A stretch of DNA of 63,424 nt, filler included, from Folioceros fuciformis (taxonomy: Eukaryota), in the NCBI GenBank assembly GCA_049999805.1. It is 5 parts of 5 records of this genome, joined end to end, with 100 filler letters (N's around TTAATTAATTAA, not from the genome) between each part and the next. Parts side by side here need not be neighbours in the genome. Positions count along the whole stretch, not along the records: positions 1 to 16,407 come from JBNGIO010001448.1; positions 16,508 to 42,902 come from JBNGIO010001451.1; 3 more parts are not named here. One strand, 5' to 3'. This document shows positions 14,660-32,791 of this stretch, one piece after another. The translations under genes and the position numbers were made by a program. The notes beneath the pieces were generated by a model, which had not been told where the DNA came from, did no database searches, and was given only the letters and a program-made list of their open reading frames with translations. The stretch's first letter is position 1, and each line of letters starts with the position of its first letter.

Positions 14660-16407
14660 CTGGCCACACCTGGCCGTGTCCCTGCGCCTGCCTCCGACGT
14701 CTGTCGCTCACGCTCCGCTCTTGCAGCCCGGCTTCAAGAGTCCGCATTTGGTTATACTAGGGCAGGCAAGTTTGTGTCTCCACGTCTCCACCCTTCCCCC
14801 TGAGCCTCGCCTCCGATTGGCACTTGTCAAACTGACCGTCTCCCGTCGGTAGCACAGGGCAACGCGTCAGTTTGGTTCGCGTGGCCTGGGGAAGCAGCTG
14901 CCTCTTCCAGCTGCTAGTGAGTGGTGATGGAAGGGACGACTGCGAAAGCTCCATCTGGGAAGTGTTAGCGAGTTGTGTGCGCTCACTAACACTTCCCAGA
15001 TGAACCTTTCACATTGTGTGCGCTCACATGACAAACGCAGTACGCCTTCAGGCATTTCTCGGAGGAGGTGACCAGGCGCAGGCGCGTTGATGGGTCCCCC
15101 ATGTATCTCAGTCGCTTCTAAAGACAAACCTAAAGCTTTGTGCTTCAGTGCTCCGCTTACCGCTCGTGTGAAAAGGTATGGATCACACTCACACGGGTCG
15201 ACACTCTAGCACACTTCGTTTTATCCCTCCCTGACACAGTATCCATGCTCCTCCTCTTACTATCAGGCAGCGCCGACGAGTGAAAGCTGTGCTGGTTGCC
15301 CAATTTGATCTTCACTGGCCTTCCACCATTGTTTGCAGGCAAGCTGCACACTTCTGAAATTAAAACTTGTGTCGGGTCTGCATCTTGTCCCAATTCTACA
15401 TCTGCTTGAAACGCTTTCTGAAACTTCTGTGCCGCAGTCTTCTTTTACATCGTTGAACTCAATTCCAGTTCATGGTAGCTCTTGCTCTGTACATTTGATA
15501 CCTGCTGTTTCCAATTTCACAGCCATGGCCCAAATGCACAATGGTCCATGAGTGAATCAAAGCCTTGCACGCCCGTCACTCTTAGCTACAAGTTTCTGAT
15601 GTGAGGCTGAAATGTGGCTGCAACATCTGTGGCAATTCAAAGTCTGGCCACAGCCAACATAATTTCAAAGACCCTACAGTTTCAGATTAGGAACCTTCAA
15701 CAAGCAACCCTCGTCCCTCACGGACCTACACTTCTAGACACAGGCCTTCACCACCGTCAAACCTATACCAAACCTTCAGCGTGCACACGCACATCATCGC
15801 TGAACAAGGAGTCCAGCTGCTTTGCACCCTTTCATGCAGTCAGTGCATAGGCATGCTGCTTCATTTCCTTCTGCGTACCTCACTTGTGCGAGCTGCAACA
15901 GCTCCCACGTACGGTTTTTGAGGGATTCAAAAACGTCCTAGAGACCGGACCAGGCATCCACATTCAATTTGACATCATCCCCATCCAGTGCCACCCTGTG
16001 AGGCACTTGTTGATCTCTGACTAAGGCTTCCCCACCCAATGCCAGCACTGTCAGTGGCAGAGCTCCTGCATGGGTGGCAAAGTTGGGTGTAGCATTTCCC
16101 ACACCAGCAGCCACATGCAACCCTGCCTTGACCCGAAACAAGACCAAGGTAACGCCCATCACACTAAGCTTTCGACTCCACTTGCAATTGCTATGCTTCA
16201 CAACCATGGGGTACGTCCTTAGAAACGTCCTCCTACACCATTATTGTGGGGCAACCCAGCAGCTTCCGCCTTCGCCTTTAGCCCCCGCATCCAAGCAACT
16301 CCAGTAATAATGCACTCACGCGGTCAGGAAAGCGTCATCTCCAAGTTCCTCCCCCCCTTCGCACGAGACGGAATTGCAGGTGCAACCCCTCCTCGCCATC
16401 CCCATTC

Positions 16408-16507
16408 NNNNNNNNNNNNNNNNNNNNNNNNNNNNNNNNNNNNNNNNNNNNTTAATTAATTAANNNNNNNNNNNNNNNNNNNNNNNNNNNNNNNNNNNNN
16501 NNNNNNN
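16408..16507. other. Assembly spacer (N-run with TTAATTAATTAA six-frame stop linker)
   Basis: The same 100-nt design occurs four times in the window. Confidence 0.98.
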
Positions 16508-16798
16508 CAGGGCGAGCTCTCCTAGCCTCCCTGCTCTTCTTACTCCGCTTCGAAGAACGATTCCCAGGCATCGTATACACCCTCGTGATCTGGACACACA
16601 GGAAGATGGCTATGAGGAGCACTGTGTAGGCTGATGCAAGATTTATTCTCTGCTCCATCTCCCTCCAACTCATACGTCCTCTTTGAGTGATGAGTGTTGC
16701 TCATTAAGACTCGCGTGCCCATCCTCTCCTCGTGGCCGTCCTCACCCTCTTCGCTAAACCCGTGTTCAGTCCCGTCATAACTCCTAAGCTCGTTTCGC

Positions 16799-16880
16799 TT
16801 AAGGGAGGGTGTTCACGGGGTAACCTTACTCGCTTAGGGTTTACCCCCGGTTAGTTGTGGTTAGTTAAGTTTAGTTTAAT
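16799..16880 (+). mobile_element. Possible polypurine tract / 3' LTR junction of an LTR retrotransposon fragment
   Basis: TTAAGGGAGGG is followed directly by TGTT. No partner LTR is visible. Confidence 0.3.
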
Positions 16881-17019
16881 TAATGAAAGGTCACTTTAGC
16901 GAAGAGGTGCCTATAGCATAGATAATATGCACTCTTTCCATTACTTTGTATTATTATTGTTAATTATTGCCTTATGATTTATCATCTCTCATGCTCTCCA
17001 TTTATGTCAACTCTTGTAG

Positions 17020-18060
17020 TTATAATGGAGTTTAAGGAGGTATATGAGACACCTCTAGACTCATCATTTGATTCATCTCCTCCTATAAATCAGCCTCATG
17101 ATCTTGAGGATAGATCCCTTTCCGATAATGTAGGAGATATACGCAGTGTTGTAGACATTGACACAAAGCTTGATCCAACCATCCCAAAGGAGCCTCCACC
17201 ACATCTAAGGAGATCAACAAGAAGTAGGAAACCTTCTAGAAAGTTTTTGGAGTCGATGAATGCATGTGACACTAAAATGGCTTTGTTAGCGGATGCTGAT
17301 GAGCCACAAACCTTGAAGGAAGCATTGGAAGGACCAAAGGCTAAGGAGTGGAAAATAGCTCTAGATAGTGAATATAATTCACTTATCAAGAACAAGCCTG
17401 AAAAATCACTTCTTCCTCCAGGAAGAAAGTGCATAAGATCAAAATGGGTATTCAAGATCAAATAAAGTGAGCCTACAACAATCTTCAATGACAATCAAGG
17501 TTGCATCTTCTTAACCAAGAATGCTACATTTCATGCAAGGATGAAAGACATTGAGGTGAAGCATAATTGCATTAGCGAGAAGGTGAGATCAAAGGAGATA
17601 TAAGTGGAGTATCGTCCAACAGAAGACATGTTGGCAGATATCTTGACTAAAGGCTTGAGTTTAGACAAGCGTGCTAGGTTTAGCAAGATGCTTGGTTTAA
17701 AGGAATATTTTTTAAAGTGTTGAGTGGGAGAGTTAGAAATGAGTGGTTTAGGACAACACATCAAAAGAGTAATTGTTTTAAATTAACAACTAAATATTTA
17801 TGCCATATGAGAGAGTGGTAGAAGAATTCTTCTTTGCAAAGTTCGAACTTTGCTTACAGTCTAAGCAAGGTTGTTACTATAAAATAGATAGTGTCTAGGA
17901 TAATAACATGGTGACCCTTGAGTATGTAAGGGGTCATGACCATGCTTTGTAGAGTAGTGGTGAATAGATAAGCATATGTGCTTGAGCTGATTGAGCTCTC
18001 ACACCCCCTCATGTGTCTTGTAAAGTATTTCTTCTCAATAAAGGCTAGATCCATATATTT
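17020..18060 (+). mobile_element. Decayed Ty1/copia remnant with an internal deletion (RT N-terminus joined to RNase H, then PPT and LTR-like sequence)
   Basis: LRRSTR...EPQTLKEAL...EWKIALDSEYNSL...KWVFKIK, then directly PTTIFNDNQGCI...FHARMKDIEVKH...TEDMLADILTKGL; GAGTGGGAG PPT near 17723. Confidence 0.85.
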
Positions 18061-18068
18061 CTAATAGG

Positions 18069-18128
18069 ATTTAGGGTTTAGGGTCTAGGATTTGGGGTTT
18101 TGGGTCTAGGATTTATGGTTTAGGGTCT
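18069..18128 (+). repeat. Degenerate telomere-like (TTTAGGG) tract
   Basis: TTTAGGGTTTAGGGTCTAGGATTTGGGGTTTTGGGTCTAGGATTTATGGTTTAGGG. Confidence 0.6.
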
Positions 18129-18551
18129 ACCATCTAAAATAGATGTGAGAAAGTAGACTAGGCCCCTAAGTGTAGATTGTCAAGTAGCATGCAAGTATAA
18201 TATTATTTTAGTTATATGTAAGTATTATGTATAAATATTATATACAATAGTACAAGCTATCTATCTTATGAAATTGTTTTATAATATAATATAATAAAAT
18301 GTACCCAAAGACTCCAGCCAATTGGCTAGCTGAAACACGCCACACATCTAGCGTCCCTAGTTCGACATCCCTTTTTATGTGTTCACTCGGTTCCTTGTCG
18401 TTGGAATGATCCTCTACGCTAGTTTTGCAGGTGATTGGACCGCGAAGAAAGGGGGTGTAGTTGGCCAGAGTGAATGGAACATGACTATGACTTGAAACGA
18501 GTGCGAGCGTCTCGAGACGCTGGTTTTGCAGGGTACACAGGAACGAGACAT

Positions 18552-20938
<2,387 letters not shown>

Positions 20939-21908
20939 TCATGTCAGGAAGATGCATGGCCCTTATAAGCGGAGCACCGTGGAGACCCAGCTCTCAGATC
21001 AAGATTGCCAGAGTCGCCGTCTCGTTTCCTCAGCCCACAACACAGAACCTGAGTGTAAAACAGCGGTGGGCTGTCCGCCTCGTCACTAGTGCAGTAAATA
21101 GGACGATCTGAATCACCGAAAGGAAATACGTATGAGGACCATCCTTTGGACGCAAGGAGATCTGGGCAAAGGACATGTATTAGGTGTAACGAATGCCCAG
21201 ATTTTCACGAGACGGAAATATCCAAGGTAGTGGCGGACTAGCCAGCTAACGGCTCCTAGTTGCGGGAGTACCGAAACTGTACGGTGGGAAGGCACCACCG
21301 CCCTGAAACTGTTGCAGATTGGAGTTTTCTTGGGCCCATCTGCAAGTTGGATGCTGGATACAGACACACGTCCGACCCCAAAATTTCCATTCGAATGACA
21401 TCGATGATGCGGACCGGGTGATGACCAAGTTGTATCAGCTGCTGCAATTTCTCGACCTTCCCAGCAGTGGCTTGGCTCCCTGCAGTTTTCTAAGGTTTTA
21501 TAAAGTAACGTCTTTCTCCCTCGAGTTCCCAAGATCTCTGCACAATTGATTTGCCCTAGGGTTTCCGAACTTGGTCGCAAATCGAAATGTACACTGGAGA
21601 GTGACAAAAAGAAAAGATGGATGAACCTATTCACCCCAGGACGAGGGAACCGTCTTTGGGAAGGCGCTGCAGCATGAGGGACTAACCCCGTTGTTGCTAT
21701 TACCTACTAATATGTCCCTATTAGCTTTTCGCAATGTTAGTTCTACGTACTCTACCCTCGCCTGGTCCCCCCATTCCCTCTCCTCTGGATATGGGAGTGG
21801 CAGGCTTAAACCCTAGCTGAGGCTAAAACCCCGAGTTGGGAGAACTGAGGATGGGATTGTCATGGCCGGCTGATCGCACATTGTAGTGGGGGAGGAGGGA
21901 AAAGCACA

Positions 21909-24484
21909 ATGGCGCAGCGGGTTGGCAAGTTTCTGACATCAGTGGTACAGCAGACACGGGAGGTTCTGGAGGTGCTCAAGGATGCCGCAGTCGACTTGTC
22001 ATGGGATCTGCGTGACGCAGCAGAGGGCGGCTTTGGCTTGCCCAAGCTTGCCTCGTCTGCCGCCTCTCTAGGCGTCGCCGTAAGCCTTGCTACCTGCTTA
22101 GGATTCATGGACTGAGAGTGTTTACGACTCATGCTGCGGGAATGGGGAATGGCTCCTGGTTTGTTGAAATCAAGAGAGCGCTCTTTCTGTGTGGCTTAAC
22201 TGTGTGTATCCGTAACGTAGGGCGTGGCAGCAGCCGGGACAGCCTCCATATGCATGGAACTGGCTGGGAAGTACATTGGACGGAGGTAATTTGTTTTTGT
22301 CACTCTGTTTCACTTCGGACCAGTCGGAATCGGTGCCGTTGCCTGCTTGTCCACTCAAGTGTATTGCTGTGCAGAGAATGTAATACCTGCAATGGTTGGG
22401 AGGCCCTTCGCTGCACATCATGTGGTGGGGGAGGGACGGTCCAATTTGCCCCTAAGAATTTAAGTATGAGCGAGTACGTGTTAGAGAAAATGTCGTTGCT
22501 CGTGTCAGCCTCCTTTGCTCTCGCGACAAGGTGTGGATGAATGACTTTGTTGGCTTCTGGCGCGTTGGTTAGGCCGACGGCTGCGAGCGTAGGGAAGGGT
22601 ATAAACGAAGGCACGGTAGAGATTGAGCATTTCCCTACAACATTCAACATGGGTCTCCCATTGCCGACGAAGTCATGCCCAACTTGTGAAGGAACTGTGA
22701 GTGTCCCTTGGGTTTACCGACGTGGGCTCGATGTAAATGTCCTGCTTGTGGTTAATACCGGCCTCTTGATATCAGGGTGTGGTTCTGTGTCACGACTGTA
22801 AGGGGCAGTCGTGGAAGCTCAAGTTCTCTGCGGATGAGGTAATATGCCCTTCACCAGTTTTGCTCTAGAAGAACCATAGTCTAGTCCATGTGACGGGAGA
22901 TCAATATGCGCCTCTCAGAATCCTTTGCTGGATGCAAAAGGCAGGTGCTGAATGTACCATGGACGACTTGGGACGTCTACAGGAAGACTCAAGCTCCAGA
23001 GGAGGTGAGGAGGGTTTTCATACCTGGAATTTTCTAGTGCTAGCAAGTATTAGAGGCGAAGAGTTGCTCACAGCGTGCCCTTGTAACTATTTGCTGTTGA
23101 AGCGGGGTGGGGCCTCGACTCACAGAGGTTCGTTTGTCAATGTGAAATCAGGATAAGAAAGCCAGTATGGCTGATCCACAATGGGCAGCCTTCAATCTTT
23201 TTGGACGGAGAGAACTGGAGGAAGGCATTGAGTTTGATCAGGATGTGAAAGAGAAGATGATGTGGCAATGGAAGGTTGCTTCTCCTCTCTTAGACGTCCG
23301 GCATTTGCATCATCGGACAACTGTAAAGGGCTAACGGTCAATGTGAGTCTGGTACAGGAGTCCAGAAAGTATGATGAAATTCGGGACTTGGTTGCCAAAC
23401 GGGAGCCAGGATGGGAAGAAATGCAAAAGGTACAGACCTGCCACCTACAGTAGTGCTGTAAAGTTCCTCTTCTTTACTGTCTGAGCTTTTTTGTGGTTGT
23501 CTTGTTGAAAGACATCTGTTTTGTTCGTTTTTCTTTTTCGTCAAAAAGATATTTGGTGCTGCTGTTGCAAATCGGCTAATAGAATTGATTTTTGCGGCGT
23601 TATGGGGTTCTTTGTTTCCACAGTTGTTAACCGTCATCGATCCAGAACGAGCACTAAAAGATCCGGTGATTGTCCGGAATGTACCGTATTTCAAAGCCAG
23701 GCAGCAGATAGAAACGCAGGTTGCAACGCTTGACGTTCCTCCAAGGCCAGCTGACTGGGAGGTAGTAACTGATATGCTTCTCTAAATTACATCTTGATTT
23801 CTTTTGCCGTTGTTCAACTGTTTCGCGTTTTTCCCTCTGAAGTTTCACGTTGCTTGTTTCATATCTTGAAGGTCGCCAGGGACATGAAGCTGCCGTTGGA
23901 GGAGTCAGATTGGGAGCCTGGGGAACTGAAAGGCCCACGAAAGCTGGCAGAGGTGCGAAAGCTTCTCCAAGGAGTGGACTCGGTGCAACAAAAGGTGCTT
24001 GACAGTGCTTGGGAGCAAGCATGGCGAGAGCAAAAGGTAAGTCTTGTTCCATATCGCATCTTTTGGATTCCAGCATACTGTGCCCACACGCAGGTAATCT
24101 AGTTTGCAGGTTAGGGACATTGTGAAGGAGAAGATCGACAGCTACCTAGCATGTGGTGGGGAACAGTCTCAGAAAACGTCCCAGACCACCTCCCCGTCAC
24201 CGCAAGAAACCTCTCCTAAGACTCGTACAGGGCCACCAGGTTCCACCAAATCAAGAGCTACGCAGCAGGTTCTCGATCACCTCCCTGTGGATGAGAATCC
24301 GAAATTCCTGTTCCGTGGTCTCAACCGGTGTTGCTGTCTGCAGAAAGCAGCTGGCTCCAAAAAGGTTTCAGATGACCAGCAGAAGAAGAAAGAACGTCAG
24401 GAACGAGCTGAGAGATTGGCGAAGCAAGCGGCAGACAGAGAGGCTGCTTTGCAGAGAGCCAAAGCGGCTAAGGCCCGAAAGTGA
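21909..24484 (+). CDS. EMB2737-like plastid protein with DnaJ-type CxxCxGxG zinc fingers, multi-exon
   Basis: CNTCNGWEALRCTSCGGGG, LPLPTKSCPTCEGTG, YDEIRDLVAKREPGWE, IDPERALKDPVIVRNVPYFKA, PPRPADW; exons join by GT-AG. Family recognised from memory. Confidence 0.75.
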
Positions 24485-24781
24485 GCAAATGGTTCTTGTT
24501 ATTTTTGCTCTGGGTGGAGCGTTTGTACCTGGAAGCGGTGATCAGAACACTTACATGTGTTTTGTATGCAATCCCTCGACTTTGGAGGCGCAAGTTGAGA
24601 AGTGATGTAGGTTGCTGTAATTTTGCCCAGGGTGGAGCTATTTCAGCTCGAAGGCCGCGACCCGATCAGTACAAATTCTTTGTGTAGTGTCCCCGAACTT
24701 TGGAGGGATGCGATGAGAAATAACGCAGGTTGCTGCCCAGTACCCAGTAGACCATATCTCGTTCCGTCTCTAGGCCTCAGA

Positions 24782-27507
<2,726 letters not shown>

Positions 27508-28535
27508 CTCCTGGACCGGAACGAGAGAAGAGGTAGGGAGGCAAGGATACTTCTGACAGGCGCATTCCATCCCCACAGTCCCGTAATGGAGGGTACGAAT
27601 TTGGCCTTCCGAGCAAGCAATTGCAAGCAAGCCAAGAAGAAGGTCTACGACGATGGCGTGTCAAAAGAGCCTACCCACACACGACCTACCCAGACAACAT
27701 CGCTTGCAAGCAAGCGGCGCCGACCTAGCAGCGCACGGCTCACACCAGTGGATGTGTGGAGCAATAGAAGTATAAGCCCATGGATGGACCGTGCGACAAA
27801 TTTGGTCCAGGACACTCTGCTGAAACGGCGTTTTCCCCCGATGGCTAACGGAAGACAACAAAGTACAACAATGCCGAATGGCCAACAGGAGAGGAGAGAA
27901 AGAACCTCACAGTAATGCCGAACGGCTTAACAGGTCTGGAGAGGACAGAAGGAAGGAAAGCTCGCTCGCACACAATTCCAAAAGGCTAGCAGGAGAGAAA
28001 GGAGGCACAATAATGCCGAATGGAGAACAGGAGGGACGGAAGCTGAACCTTGCACCTGCCGAAAGCTACCTTCCAACTGGAGACAGTAGGAGACACAGAG
28101 GAGGCGACGACATCCAGGGCCCACTCATCGCCAGCACTTCCACAATTAGGCCCTGCTTCTGGCAGAGTCCAGCGTTCTGAGATGAGAGTAAGAGGCGGTG
28201 AGCCACTGATGGCCCGCTTGTGGAACGGGCCAATGGCAGCTGTCGTAGAATCGTGCAAGCCGGTGCGAGACGCCGCGGGTACGGTACAGGCATCGGAATG
28301 AGCAATGCTCCGCAGGGTTGGTACTTTGTCCACGTTCTCGCGTGGCAGGGGAACACTCCACACCAACTACATACTCATGTCAAGGATACTGTACGACGCC
28401 TTCCACAAAGGAGCCACAAAAGTTGAAAGCAATTTGGAGACAATCTTGAACCGTGGCAGTCTCTTCATGTGTTACTCATTCATGAATGAATTGCAGCCGA
28501 CTGGAAAAGAAGAATTGAGGTTTAGTACCTACTTT

Positions 28536-30179
28536 TTAGGCAGCCACCAAATCTGGTGTCTCTGCCTCTACTGCTAGCAAAGTTGTGTGCACTTTTTGTA
28601 GCCAGGAGTCGAGCCTATCTCTCAACGCTGCAATTTGTGGAACACCAAGCACTCTGGGCTGCACCCACGAGACGCTCACAGTTCCGTCCACTTGGTCGAT
28701 TACTCCTTCAATCAGATGGACCTGCGATAGATCAGCAGAGTGCAGCAGGAGAGTGTTAGGCAAGGGGGCAGGCTTCCTGTAATTGATAGGACGTGTGAAC
28801 GAGTCAATTTGGCGAAATTATGGACTTGGCTTGGGAGACACCTACCGAGAGGCTTTTGATCAAAAGAAATTCAACCTCGTTTAGGTCCAGCTTTGTCCTC
28901 TCAGCAATTACACTTAGAGGTATCGTCCTGTCTTCCGAGGGCCGACTGCAGTACAGACGGACGGGTCAACCAACGCTGTCAGCCAATCGCATGCTGCTGG
29001 GTGTTTCAAGGAGTTTTGAAGACCCAGGAGAAAAAAAGGCACGAATGTTACCTGAAAATGAGCTCCATCAAACACAGGATGTTAATTTTCTCCCATAACT
29101 TTCCCTCATTGGCTACCAGAGCCGGCTGTTCGTTGAGTGCAGATTGATGAGTATGACAGAGCTCCTTGTACTTTGTAGGATTGCCCTCATTGAAAGCTTG
29201 CAACACGTAGTAGAGCCACTCCACACTTGTATGTAGGAGGCTCTTGACCTGCAGTCACAGCGAGCAGGAGACGCGAAGATGCGATAAGGTTTGGACCTAG
29301 CATGTGACGGAAGGGAAGGACAAACAAGGCCACGCCCCACGTACGATGGGGTGTGCAAGAAGCTCCCCGAAGTTGTATATGTTGTCGCCAAGCAACGCAG
29401 CTAAGGACAAGTCAGCGGCCAGGTCCTGCAAGCCACAACACAATATGGTGAAATCCCGCACTCAGACCGGGTGAAGATCTAAAACTTGCCAGTCCCTGTA
29501 AACACATCATACCAGCTTGAAGTTCTCTGCCAACGACTCCACAGACGTGTATGCCAAATACAAGAGTGCTGTTTTGTAGAACTCAGCGAACTCCTGCCTC
29601 GACTTATGGTACTGAGACGAAACCCAGTGCACACTAGCATGGACAGAAGGATCCACATCTGTCATGCTGTCCAAAGTGCTCCTTCCCTCCTCTAACAGCT
29701 TCTTGCACTCCTTATGCTCTCCCCTCCGCAGCCTCAGTGCCGCAATCTGCATCTTCACGTACAGCACAGGCTCCTCAACCCGCCGTTCCCGAGATGCCCG
29801 CAGCTTCTCAATAACATCTTCCAAATACCGAATAGCCATTTCCTCTTCCGCATACTGTCGGGATACGATGACCGCAAAGTGTGCAAGCTTCAACAAATTT
29901 ATCTTAGTCTCAAAATCAGTGATGAAGTTGTGGTAGAGCTGGATGAGCGCATCCCCCGCCTGCAAAATCCTCACACAGCTCAGCCACACCAAACCCTAGC
30001 AACGCAACACACGAAACCACGGCAGGCACCTGTAATACCATCAAAGCAATGAACTGATCCAGCTTCTGCGTCAGCTGGTGCCATAGCCTCCGCTGATACA
30101 AATCTGCCAGGGAAGTGTACCATTCCGCCAACTCCGGTTGCGCTGCCCGCTGCTGTTCCAGATACTGCAACGCCGCCAT
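28536..30179 (-). CDS. RPN9: 26S proteasome lid subunit RPN9 (PSMD13)
   Basis: MAALQYLE...LADLYQRRLWHQLT, FITDFETKINLLKLAHF, VHLIEGVIDQVDGTVSVSWVQPRVL. Confidence 0.95.
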
Positions 30180-30576
30180 CGCTCGCCTGCCTGGTGAGCA
30201 CACCTTACGCTCCGACGTCCTAACTCCTAAAGGCTCTACCTTTAAAGTTTACGCACTGATAAGATGAAGGAGTTAATGTAACCCTTCTTACCGCTCTTGC
30301 TTCTTGTTCAGTCTTCTTAACTAGTTTCTTCCCTCCGTTCAGTGTTTCGCGACTGCCTTCGCAGACCGCCTTCTCGAGCCACGTTTTGTCTCACACTGCG
30401 GCCTGCGAACCGTTTGGATCGAGTTGGAAGCATCACTCTGTGCTTTGTTGGGTTGTTTAGGTCTTTCCAAAATGCTTGCTGTCTCGTTGATGAAATTGAT
30501 GCATGATGGGAATTCCCTAACAACATGGTGAAGGGGGGGAGCAGCAGATAAATTTTTATCGGAGGGATCTGCTGCC

Positions 30577-32233
30577 ATGGAGGGGAGCTTGCTGGAGACT
30601 GTTGGAGCAGAGGTTATCGGAATTGTCAGCCCCGTCTCGATATGCATGCTGCTGGTGGTTCTTTTGGTGCACAGCTTGAATCCGCATGGATCTGATTCCT
30701 CCGTTTCCAGCATAGCCATGCTGGTTTACGAGGAGAAGGACACGGACACGACGGGGCAGAAATTCGAAGGAGCATTGCTTAATGCCCTCGTGTTTGTGGT
30801 GATCATCACCCTCGTCACTTTCATGCTTGTTGCTCTCTTCTACTTCCGGTGCACCAAGTGTCTGCGGGGGTACATGGGGTTTTCTGCTTTCACGGTGTTG
30901 GCTTACATGGGAGGTGCACTGGGTGTGATGATGGTGCAGGAATGGTCTATTCCAATTGACGTGATCACCTTTTCCATCGTGCTGCTCAATTTTGCAGTTG
31001 TCGGGGTGTTGGCAGTGTTTTTCTGCCGGATGCCTATTGTGTTCACCCAGGGCTACCTTGTCATGATAGGGATGTTGGTGGCTTTTTGGTTCACCATGCT
31101 GCCTGAGTGGACTACCTGGACTCTGCTCATGGCGATGGCTGTGTACGATGTTCTAGCTGTGTTGGTGCCTGTAGGGCCTCTTAACATTCTTGTTGAGCTG
31201 GCTGTAGCTAGGGATGAAGATATTCCAGCGTTGATCTACGAGTCACGGCCTATCCCTTCCTCCAGGGTTCCCTCGGGTACGGTGGAGTTCAGCTCTCAAG
31301 GCTCCCCCAGATCCTCTTCGGCACCTCGCGACGGTCGGAGGCGAAGGTGGATTCGGCGGACAGTTACCTCGTCAGCATCTCAACCTCAACGAGAGAGACC
31401 ATCAGTACTGAGTCGGCTGAAAAGTGTTTTTGGGTCTGCACCGGTGAGACAGGATGGTGCTTCAGATTTAATGACTCACAGCTCGGATGCTGAGCTTGGG
31501 CTGGCAAGCACGACAGATCGAAGTCCGCAGAATGAAGGGAACGGACCACCAAATATAATTTCAGCCAATGGTAAGGGTAAATTTTACAAAATCTTGTCCT
31601 GACGTCTTTTTCCCCTTTAATCTGTAGGATGGGAAGGAACCTGTTTCTTTCTTAGGACTTCAGAAATTACTCTTCACCATGTAGCTCGACTCCACCAGAT
31701 GCACCTGTTTACACGATCACCTGATTCTTGTGTTGCTGTGTTTGATGGGGCCAGGCCTAGAGATGGATGGCTCGCAGGCACAGGCGCTGGTCTCATCCTC
31801 TGTGGCCGGGTCTCCTTCTGATGACGAATCTGCTCCCCTTGTAAGGACCCACATTTCATCACCTCTTGCAATCACTGCAGCTCCTGTTGATTCAGCACCG
31901 CAACGACAAGAGATTGTCAGGGCTATAGAGGAGGAAGAAGCCGAGGGGATTGGATTAGGCATGTCGGGAGCCATCAAGTTGGGTCTTGGAGACTTCATAT
32001 TTTACAGTGTTCTTGTTGGGAGGGCAGCTATGTACGACCTCATGACAGTATATGCATGCTACTTAGCCATCATTGCTGGCCTCGGAGCAACACTCATCCT
32101 TCTAGCCGTGTGTCGCCGAGCCCTGCCAGCCCTTCCCATCTCCATCTCCCTTGGGATCCTCTTCTATTTTTTGACCCGTCTTGTCATGGAGCCATTTGTG
32201 GTGACTCTCGCTACAGACTTGGTCTTCTTTTAG
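30577..32233 (+). CDS. Presenilin (gamma-secretase catalytic subunit); exons 30577-31570 and 31755-32233
   Basis: Multi-TM protein with the catalytic YD (AVYDVLAVL), [11 protein letters not shown] and PALP motifs. Confidence 0.95.
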
Positions 32234-32791
32234 TGTCACGGAGGACTGGAGATTGCCTCTGCAAGGTTCTGCTGAACAAAGACTTTGCCGAACATTGTAT
32301 TCTGGTTTGCTTGCAGCCAGGGTGTACCATATTAATCACCATATCCAACTTCAGAAGGCCACCATTCTCACCTCACAGGAGAACGTCTGTTTGTGCTCCT
32401 TCTATGCAGTGATCTTCAATCACATTGTTAAATCTAGATCTGAAGAGAAAGGTACACGCTCTTCTCATCGGTTTTGTCATCAAATTGATAGACCCTTTAA
32501 TTCCACAACATACATCTCTTTCCGACTGTGGCTATTGCCGAGTCACCGAGATGCAAAAATTCTTTACAAATCTCCTATGCTGGCAGTGAAAGGGAATTCT
32601 AGACCTGACCAGATTGATCGATATGTTTACACTTCAGGGAAGTCTGCACTTGGGGGTTCCAACAACAACCCTATTGGACCCACATGGACGAAATATGATA
32701 TGTACATATGTTACACTTCATGAAAGGTGAGCTCCAACGTAGGAGCATAATAGACCTTCCTTCAAGTGCACGGAGTCATGTTGGGAATGCT

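Noticed and set aside
14860-16407. Short ORFs between the bL31-like gene and the first gap
   Set aside because: No recognisable motif or consistent exon chain. It may be decayed coding or TE sequence but cannot be assigned.
16452-16463. Palindromic TTAATTAATTAA repeated four times in the window
   Set aside because: It always sits in the centre of a 100-nt N-run, so it is an artificial six-frame stop linker. Gene adjacency across these gaps should not be over-interpreted.
27835-28040. Repeat-spacer pattern resembling a CRISPR array
   Set aside because: The repeats are degenerate, the spacers are irregular and purine-rich, the context is eukaryotic, and there are no cas genes.
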